Positions 55,910 through 64,000 of a DNA stretch of 64,000 bases are shown here, piece after piece. A model generated the notes under the pieces. The model had not been told where the DNA came from. It ran no database searches and saw nothing but the letters and a program-made list of their open reading frames with translations. Every line of letters starts with the position of its first letter. Positions within the stretch are counted from its first letter, which is position 1. The position numbers were made by a program, and so were the translations under genes. This DNA comes from Somniosus microcephalus (lineage: Eukaryota), in NCBI GenBank assembly GCA_052327205.1, contig CM126233.1, forward strand, positions 10,540,001-10,604,000, read 5' to 3'.

Positions 55910-58598
55910 AATTCAATTCAATTCAATTCAAATCGTTTTTTTGGCATGACAAGTTACATCTTATGTTGCCAAAGCATCGAAAAACATTCATGTTTGTTCA
56001 CAAAAATACAGATCTATCCATACAGTGTATAAACAGATATATCCCTGAGTGTATAAATATACTTTCATATAATTTATATATACTCTTTTCTTATATTTAG
56101 TGGTTGTCCCTCTGTTTATGGCAAGCTGTAACATAGTGTGCCGCTAGTGTTACACAATTTCTCTCTTCCCCTAGTAGGTATGGGAGTTTTTGGTCGTCAT
56201 TCAAATTTCTGAATTCCGGGCATATTTTTGTGAATTTTGGGTAGAAATTCTCCCTTATGCCCTGATATTTTCTACAAGCTGTGAGGAAGTGCATCTCTGT
56301 CTCCACCACTCCCTGACTGCAGTGAGAGCATATCCTGTCCTCTCTTGGTAGCCGGGTCTGCCTGTGTCTACCTTTTTCGATCGCCAGGCTATGTTCACTA
56401 AGTCTGTATATTGTCAAGGTTTTTCTCAGTTTGCTATCCTTTACCATGGTCAGGTAATCAGCCATGTTGTATTGTCTGTTTAGGGCCAAGTAGCAATTGA
56501 GTTTGCTTTGGGTTTTTGTTGTTTCTGCCCAATATGACAGATATTTTTCCTTTTGCTTAGCGATGATTGTGTTGGGTCGAATTCTTTGTGTTACGCTGTC
56601 ACTGTCCTGGGGCTGGTTATTGTTAGTAGTGTTAGTAATTACTTCACTGAGTCCCAGGACTAGTTGACTGAGGGTACTCTTCTTTATGGTCCTCTCTTGG
56701 CATTTCAGGGCTTGGTAATGATAGCATTGGGGGTTGCTCATTTCTAGGTGTTTCCAAAATTTGGTGGCTCTTTTTTGGATAGTGATTATTAATGGATATT
56801 GGCCTAGTTCTGCCCTGCATGCATTGTTTACGGTTTTCCTTTGAGTCCGGAGGATACTTTTACAGAATTCTGCATGCAGGATCTCAATTGGGTGTTTGTC
56901 CCATTTTGCAAATTCTTGTTGTGTTAGCGGTCCCCACACCTCACTGCCATAGAGTGCAATTGGTTCAATTACTGATTTGAAAATTTTGAGCCAAATGCTA
57001 ATTGGGATTTCTATTTGGATTGATTTTTTAATGGCATAGAAAGCCCTTCTTGCTTTCTCTTTCAGTTCATTCACAGCCAGTTTGAAATTTCCCGTAGAAC
57101 TGATTTTTAAGCCCAAGTATGTGTAGTTAGTGGTTTGTTCAATTTTGGTTGTTCCTAGTGTGAAATTTATTTTGGGTCCCTGATGTCTGGATCTTTGCTG
57201 GAACACAAGGACTTTGGTTTTTTGGGGATTTATTGTCAGGGCCCAAGTCTGGCAGTACGACTCCAGCAGATCCAGGTTCTGCTGTAGACCCTCCTTAGTT
57301 GGTGACAGCAGAACCAGGTCGTCTGCATAGAGGAGGAATTTAACCTTGGATTCATATAGGGTGAGGCCGGGTGCTGTAGATTGTTCAAGTAGTTTTGCCA
57401 ATTCATTTATGTAAATATTAAAGAGTGTCGGTGAGATTGGCGAGCCCTGCGTCACCCCCCGCCCCCGTGGGAAATATTTTGTTTGTTTGTCTCCAATTTT
57501 AACTGCACATTTGTTGTTTGTATACATTGATTTAATTACATCATATGTTTTTCCCCCTACCCCGTTTTCAATAAGTTTCAGGAATAAACCGTCGTGCCAG
57601 ATGGAATGGAAAGCCTTCTGGAAATCTATAAAACATTCGTAGATTTTGCTTTTGTTTTGATGAACGTGTTTGTCAATTAGGGTCTGTAGGGTGAAGATAT
57701 GATCTGATGTTCTATAGTTTGGCAGGAATCCAATTTGGCTTTTACTCAAGACATTGTGCTCCTCAAGGAAGTTTATAAGTCTTTTGTTTATGATACTACA
57801 GAATACCTTCCCCAGATTACTGTTTAAACAGATGCCTCGATAGTTATTTGGGTTGACTTTGTCCCCACTTTTGTATATGGGCGTTATGAGTCCTTTGTTC
57901 CAGATATCAGGGAAGTAACCGACACTCAGAACCAAGTTGAAGAGTTTTAGGATAGCCAGTTTCATTTTATCGTCTGTGTGTTTAATCATCTCGCTTAGTA
58001 TGCCGTCTGCCCCGCAAGCTTTTCCTGGTCGCAGGTCCTTGAGTTTTTCAAAAAGTTCTTTTTCTGTTATTATGGAGTCTAGCGGGTTTTGGTTATCTTT
58101 TATGGCCATTTCGAGCTTTTCCAGTTTTTTGCATATTTGGTGTTGCTCTGGCCTTAGTGTGTTTTTATGGTATAATTTTTCAAAGTGGTTTTCCCATGTG
58201 TCTCCATTTTGAATGGCCAATTCGTTGTGTTGTTTTTTGTGTAATGTATTCCAGTTGTCCCAGAAACAATTGGAATCAATGGATTCCTCAATGGAGCTGA
58301 GTGTATTCTTAATATATTGCTCTTTTTTGGTTCTGAGTGTGTTTCTGTATTGTGTTAGTGTCTGACAATAAGTAAGGCGTAATTCCTCGTTTTCTGGATG
58401 TTTGTGTTTTTGGTTTGATATTTTTCTAAGTTTTTTCCTTATGTTATGGCAATCTGGGTCAAACCATTTTTCATAGTTTTTTGTTTTGGGTTTGTTCTTG
58501 CGAGCTTTCAAGTTTGACCTCGTTGCCAAATTATCAAAAATATTGTTTAGGTTATTCACTGCCTGGTTTACGCCTTCTTTATTGTGAGTGTATATGTT
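55910..58598 (-). mobile_element. Young 5'-truncated non-LTR retrotransposon, RTEX-like, (TTGAA)n tail, within TC-rich simple sequence
   Basis: Uninterrupted RT ORF, short 3' UTR, and (ATTCA)n at 55911-55930 on the plus strand. Clade assignment is by recalled motif similarity. Confidence 0.85.
56097..58559 (-). CDS. Non-LTR reverse transcriptase with C-terminal CCHC (820 aa, no endonuclease part)
   Basis: PGKACGADGI, PNNYRGI, FIDFQKAFHS, QGSPISPTLFNIYIN, LLYADDLVLLS, YTYLG and ICSHC...ETEMHFLTAC. Confidence 0.93.
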   Translation of the reverse strand: MNNLNNIFDNLATRSNLKARKNKPKTKNYEKWFDPDCHNIRKKLRKISNQKHKHPENEELRLTYCQTLTQYRNTLRTKKEQYIKNTLSSIEESIDSNCFWDNWNTLHKKQHNELAIQNGDTWENHFEKLYHKNTLRPEQHQICKKLEKLEMAIKDNQNPLDSIITEKELFEKLKDLRPGKACGADGILSEMIKHTDDKMKLAILKLFNLVLSVGYFPDIWNKGLITPIYKSGDKVNPNNYRGICLNSNLGKVFCSIINKRLINFLEEHNVLSKSQIGFLPNYRTSDHIFTLQTLIDKHVHQNKSKIYECFIDFQKAFHSIWHDGLFLKLIENGVGGKTYDVIKSMYTNNKCAVKIGDKQTKYFPRGRGVTQGSPISPTLFNIYINELAKLLEQSTAPGLTLYESKVKFLLYADDLVLLSPTKEGLQQNLDLLESYCQTWALTINPQKTKVLVFQQRSRHQGPKINFTLGTTKIEQTTNYTYLGLKISSTGNFKLAVNELKEKARRAFYAIKKSIQIEIPISIWLKIFKSVIEPIALYGSEVWGPLTQQEFAKWDKHPIEILHAEFCKSILRTQRKTVNNACRAELGQYPLIITIQKRATKFWKHLEMSNPQCYHYQALKCQERTIKKSTLSQLVLGLSEVITNTTNNNQPQDSDSVTQRIRPNTIIAKQKEKYLSYWAETTKTQSKLNCYLALNRQYNMADYLTMVKDSKLRKTLTIYRLSEHSLAIEKGRHRQTRLPREDRICSHCSQGVVETEMHFLTACRKYQGIRENFYPKFTKICPEFRNLNDDQKLPYLLGEERNCVTLAAHYVTACHKQRDNH

Positions 58599-59039
58599 AT
58601 CTCTCTCTCTTTAACTATCCATCTCTCTATCATACTCTGTTTCTCAGTTTCTCTCTCTCACGCACTGTGTGTATGTGTGTGTCTCTCTCCGTTTCCATGT
58701 GATCACAGTTCTGTGTTTTTACTTCCTTGATCCTGGTACTTAAGTTGCATCCTATTCCTATTTTCCTGCTATTTGGCAAAAGCAACCCTCCATGTTGCAC
58801 ATTATCAGCCCTGCTGAGAGTACCAGCTCTGTTGCTGTCACATGCACAGCCTTTGCTGCTCGAGCTGGCCATTTACAGGGAGTGTAAATGGTCCCCTTTT
58901 AATGTTATTGTGCAGCAGTGACTGAGAACTGCCAAGTTTTTCTATTGCCTCCATCACATGGGCAGGGCAGGTCTGGGCATTTAGGCCTCACTAGCATTGT
59001 TTTAGTTTAAATACTAAAAAACAAGGAGCAGAGGTTCCG

Positions 59040-59558
59040 CTTTGGACTCAGTTGGGAAACTGAGCACAACCTGGTGCAGTTTTATTAATACAGCTGAAAA
59101 TGGGTTTATCACAAAAAATAAGCATTGCTAATAAGTGTCTAGTTCTCCACCTGTGAGTAACCTGATTTTAAATCACTGAAAATGACAGAAAAAAACTATA
59201 CAGAACCTTTACTAGTTTCATTGGTGTACACTAGTCAGTTTCTTGGTAAATTAAATATTTTATGTGTAAAAACTTTTAAAACATGCCGACTAGTGTCTGT
59301 GCGCCTAAAAAAAACTCAATTTGAAGAACCTCCTTGAACGTCCGCAATTGGTGGAAACTCATTACTTCAATCTCTAGGCGTGGCCAGTTTTGTGGGCGGG
59401 GCCGGCTTCCATCGCAATGTTTTTCAAACTAGCATTAAAGATCGCGGAAATTCGATTTACACTTGATGTAACTTATGCTTAAAATTCATTAATCTTTTGC
59501 GCTAGTTTGGCCGATTTCACCTATTTTGCGCTGATGATACTAGCGCAAACTCTATCCC
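59040..59558. mobile_element. Non-autonomous DNA element, inverted homolog of 24676-25192
   Basis: Shared AT-rich core; ends GCAAACTCTATCCC. Confidence 0.62.
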
Positions 59559-60349
59559 AAGCTGTTTATACTGTTTAATATTCTGGTACATTTTTTAATG
59601 GCATTCTCTTAAAGTAGTTTATTTATGTTTGATGTGGGTCATTCGAACAATGAGGGTGGGCACCCACACTTGTAGTGGTACAAACCGACCCAAAGGAGGA
59701 GGTGGACCGCAGAGGGGCACCCTGCCACGCTGAGAGGAGGAGCAAGAGGTGAAACTAGCCTAAAGACAGAGCCACCTAATTTTATTTTACAGTTTCCCAC
59801 TGGAATGGCAGGGCCAATCCGCAACAGTGAGCGATTACCATTGGACTGCTGGCTCGAGGCTGGGGAGTGTTCTTATCTATATCACTCAACTAGTCACTGA
59901 TAAATTCGCTGAGTCTTTGGCAGAGTTCAGGTTGTCTCTTGAACCTATTTCTATTATTTGTCATTGACCTTCCCTGGTAATTTATTCCATTTTGTGTAGA
60001 GTAGTTCTGTCAACATAGCTTATTTCCTTCTATTTTTTAAGTTATGATTCCAGATTCTAGTGAACAATTTGGTTTTATCAATTTCCTCCATAATACTCTG
60101 CATTCCTGAAGGGTTACCTTGAGACCTACTTCTCTAAAGATGACAATCACAACTTCATTAATCTTTATTGGTAACTTCAATTCGCGAGCTGGGTAGCATA
60201 CTGATTACTCGATATGGCATCTCGCTCAAGGGCACCATATCTTTCCTATGGTGTACTGACCAGTGCGGTACACAATACTCACATCAGATCAGGCTTAACC
60301 AGGGTCTAATATAATAATAAGTCACCTCTTTTGATTTTTGTTCTATTGG

Positions 60350-60665
60350 TGTCAGCCTTGGCTCAGTGGGTACCACTCTCAGCTCTGCATTAGAAGGTTG
60401 TGGGGTCAAGCCCCACTCCAGAGACTTGAACATATAATCTAGGTTGACAGTTCAGTGCAGTACTTAGGGAGAACAGCGAGTTCTCCCTGGTATCCTGACC
60501 AATATTTATGCCTCAATCAACATCTCTAAAACAGGTGATTTGGTCATTTATCTAACTGCTGTTTGTGGGCCCTTGCTGTGTGTAAATTGGCTACACTTCA
60601 ATTGGCTGTAAAGCACTTTGTGACATCCTGAGGTCGTGAAAGATGCTATATAAATGCAAGTTATA
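60350..60665 (+). mobile_element. tRNA-derived SINE with partial Deu domain and L2-type tail
   Basis: A box TGGCTCAGTGG, B-box-like GGTCAAGCCC, tail TATATAAATGCAAG. Confidence 0.75.
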
Positions 60666-60754
60666 TATTTTAATCCCCTTATTAATGCAACCCAGTGCCA
60701 TATGCTATGTGAATTATTTCAAGAATTTTGTCACAATAATCCCCTAATCTCTTA

Positions 60755-61200
60755 CTCTGTGTCTTGTCTCTGAGTCAGAAGATTGTAGGTTCAAGTCCCA
60801 CTCCAGAGACTTGAGCACAAAAATCTAGACTGACACTCCAGTGCAGTGCTGAGGGAGTGCTGCACTGTCGGAGGTACCATCTTTCAGATGAGATGTTAAA
60901 CCGAGGCCCTGTCTGCCCTTTCGGATGGATGTAAAAGATCCCACGGCACTATGTGAAGAAGAGCAGGGGAGTTCTCCCCGGTGTCCTGGCCAATATTTAT
61001 CCCTCGATCAACATCACTAAAACAGATTATCTGGTCATTATCACATAGCTGTTTGTGGGAGCTTGCTGTGCGCAAATTGGCTGCCGCGTTTCCTACTTTA
61101 CAACAGTGATTACGCTTCAAAAAATACTTCATTGGCTGTAAAGCACTTTGGGACATCTGGTGGTCATGAAAGGTGCTACATAAATGCAAATCTTTCCTTT
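60755..61200 (+). mobile_element. DeuSINE (SacSINE1-like)
   Basis: GGTTCAAGTCCC B box, Deu core GGATGTAAAAGATCCC...GAAGAGCAGGGGAGTTCTCCCCGGTGTCCTGGCCAATATTTATCCCTC, L2-like tail. Confidence 0.8.
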
Positions 61201-61718
61201 TTTGTGTTATGCATGACTGCTCCACTCGACATGTATTCAATATATTGGTTCCTTGCTTCCATACTAATTATTTTACACTTGCCTATGTGGAACTGCATTT
61301 GCCATATAGCGGCCCTTTCCCAAAAGATCCAAGTCCTTCCAAATCCCATTGTATTTTTTTCATTATTTGCTCTGTCTTCAAGAATAGTATTATCTGCAAA
61401 TCTGGGAAGTTGCTTTTGACAGCCTCATTTCTGGAACAGCCAATATATAATAACTGAACTAATTGCACTCTTCAGTCTTCTTCAGCATCTTGCATGTCAT
61501 CACTTAAGATTCTACCTGTCACAAATATGTAGATCTGCTCGGGTAATTTCTGATTAAAAGTTCAGGTTGAAGCTTCTGATCAAGAGATCAAAAAGAACAT
61601 TTAAAGAGCTTTGTTTCCGTGACTGATTGATGAAAAACCGTTAAGGGAGTTTGGCACCTCTGTAGACAAGGTTGTGTAATATGTTGATTAGATCATTGAG
61701 CTCTATTTACATATACAG

Positions 61719-62135
61719 TAGAATCATACAGCACAGAAGGAGGCCATTTGGCCCAACGTGCCTGTGCCGGCTCTTTGAAACAGCTCTCCAATTAGTCCCA
61801 CTCCGCTGCTCTTTCCCCATAGCCCTGCAATTTTCTCCCCTTCAAGTATTTATCCCACTCTCTTTTGAAAGTTACTATTGAATCTGCTTCCACCACCCTT
61901 TCATGTAGTTCATTCCAGATCATAAAAACTCGCTGCATAAAAAAAATTCTTCCCAGCTCACCTTGGCTATTTTGCCAATTACCTTAAATCTGTGTCCTCT
62001 GGTTTCCCGACCTGCCTGCCAGTGGAAAGAGTTTCTCCCTATCTACTTTATTAAAACCCAGATAATTTTGAACACCTTTATTAAATCTCCTCTTAACCTT
62101 CTCTGCTCTAAGTAGAACAATCCCAGCTTCTCTAT
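61719..62135 (-). mobile_element. CR1 3' end
   Basis: TAGAATCATACAGCACAGAAGGAGGCCATT tail; KVDREKLFPLAG. Confidence 0.8.
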
Positions 62136-62710
62136 ATGCTAAATGTATATGAATATGTATCTGGAGTTTGTTGTTGAGCATTGTTAATTGCACTTCTGGA
62201 TGTGATCTCATCAAACTTTGTCTGACTACCCAATTTCAAAGAGATTGAATAGTTAAAACAGGCCCATGAAAAAAATAAAGGGGTCTTTCGAAAGCCGGTG
62301 TTCATTGGTGGGAAGTTCTTAATTGCAGAAAGTGTGTGCAGGAGAGGATTCTGTGGCTGTGATGTATCATTACAGGATTTATTGGACAGAACAGAAGTGA
62401 TTGAACAGGGTAATTAACCCATTGCCAACTTTGCACATCAGATTTCTGTGTTGCAATGTATCAGCAGAATTTCTAAAATGATTTTATGCTTCAGGATTCC
62501 ATTTAATCTGTTACTAAATGTCATAAAGATTTTAATTGTTTTAACCTGGAAGAAATTCTGGTTTGTCTTTAATATTCTGCTATTTCCAAAGTGAGTGATA
62601 TTGTAGCACAATATTCCTGTGGACCCAGTTCACACTTTACTGTGCACAGGGTACTTGTTAATTGTACAGGTTACACAATTCTGCAAGAGCGTGCAATTAA
62701 TAAAAGATAC

Positions 62711-62939
62711 ATGTTCCAATCATGGGGAGTGGGTAGCGCCTTATGGAGACTGTTGGGAAATTTTTGAGAGAGAGAGGGCTCTGTGAAAAGCTGCCATTGT
62801 CAGGCTGTCCTTCATCATAGAGCCCAAACTGTATTTGGGTCAGTTTTGCAGGAACTGGAATGAAGGGCAGACAATACTGCTGTAAGTATGGCATTGGATG
62901 CAGTCGAGTATATGTAAGGTCAGCAGGTGGCATTTCTGC
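62711..62939 (-). other. Candidate host coding exon (QKMPPADLTYTRLHPMPY...YPLPMIGT)
   Basis: 76-codon open frame in unique sequence between TAACAG| and |GTATCT; phase-compatible with a possible terminal exon at 61515-61472. Confidence 0.3.
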
Positions 62940-63276
62940 TGTTATTTAAGCTGTTAAATAAACCCTAGCCAGCAGCCCTGCCTAGAAACATCATTATATG
63001 TAAAGACAGAAAGAACCTTCATTTATGTAACGCCTTTAACATAGTAAAACATCCCAAGGCGCATATATAGTGCCTGATCATGTCCTCAAAACACACAACA
63101 TTTCACAACCACTAAATTAGTTTTAAAGTGAAGTCATTGTTATTATGTAGGCACATGGAGCATTCAATTGCACAAAAGGTCCCACAAACAGTGACTGAGA
63201 TGAATGAGTACTGATCCTGTTTTGCTAGTGGTGTGAGTTAAGGAAGGTATGCTTGCCAGGAGCCTTTTGCTCATCA

Positions 63277-63725
63277 TCAGCCAGTGGCTCAGTGGGTAGC
63301 GCTCTTGCCTCTGAGTCAGAAGGTTGTGGGTTCAGAGTCCCACTCCAGGGTCTTGAGCACATAAAGCTAGGTTAACACTCCAGTGCAGTGCTGAGGGAGT
63401 GCTGCACTGTCGGAGATGCCGTCTTTCGGATGAGACGTTAAACTGAGGCCCCATCTGCTCTCTCAGGTGGACGTAAAAGATCCCATGGCACTATTTTCGA
63501 AGAAGAGCAGGGGAGTTATCCCCGGTATCCTGCCCAATATTTATCCCTCAATCAACATAACAAAAACAGATTATCTGGTCATTATCACGTTGCTGTTTGT
63601 GGGAGCTTGCTGTGTGCCAATTGGCTGCCACGTTACTACACGCCAAAAAAGTACTTCATTGGCTGTAAAGCACTTTGAGACGTCTGGTGGTCGTGAATGG
63701 CGCTATATAAATGCAAGTCTTTATT
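63277..63725 (+). mobile_element. DeuSINE (SacSINE1-like), near full length
   Basis: A box TGGCTCAGTGG, B-box region, Deu core and L2-type tail; antisense fragments of the family lie at about 63005-63250 and 63790-63950. Confidence 0.82.
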
Positions 63726-64000
63726 TCTTTCTTTTCTTCTTTCAAAAAGCACAATGGGATCACTCACCCCCCCACGAACAGGCAGATAATGATCGAATGT
63801 ATCATGTGAAAGGTGACACCTACAATAACGTAGCACTCCTTTAGTACTACACTGAAGTGTCAACCCAGACTATGTGCTCAAGTCCTAAAGCGGGGCTTGA
63901 ACCCACAGCCTTCAGACTCAGAGGTGACAGGAGCAGTAGCTGAGCCACTTCTGCTATGTATAACACTCTGGAAACAGCCTGTCGTTTGCAACACTCGAGA

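Noticed and set aside
60350-63950. tRNA genes suggested by A and B boxes
   Set aside because: They are SINE heads followed by Deu cores and LINE-type tails, with no cloverleaf evident.

Overview
This is eukaryotic DNA made almost entirely of transposable elements, not a prokaryotic locus. The mix of repeats suggests a cartilaginous fish (inference): CR1 and L2 LINEs, Deu-domain tRNA SINEs, Penelope elements with hammerhead motifs, Harbinger elements and MITEs, and a 67-bp tandem array. There are three LTR-bounded Gypsy retrotransposons with target-site duplications (5718-10503, 31497-35939, 45302-48729) and one solo LTR, all nested inside L2-like LINE remnants. The window also holds a two-gene PIF/Harbinger remnant with related MITEs, three Penelope-derived inserts carrying minimal hammerhead ribozymes, a Vingi fragment, a young RTEX-like LINE, and several minisatellites. 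No host gene can be firmly identified; there are only candidate small exons on the minus strand and a roughly 60-bp PPP4R2-like fragment. Most notable observations: (1) a young Gypsy with apparently identical LTRs has no tRNA primer-binding site but a perfect 13-nt complement to its own LTR poly(A)-signal region, suggesting self-priming, and its RT motif reads YLDN; (2) two independent insertions of one Gypsy family lie 32 bp apart at the YADD-coding region of different L2 copies, hinting at target preference; (3) a 108-bp insert consisting mainly of a hammerhead motif has a 15-bp TSD. All coordinates were counted by eye and family assignments come from motif recognition, not database searches.
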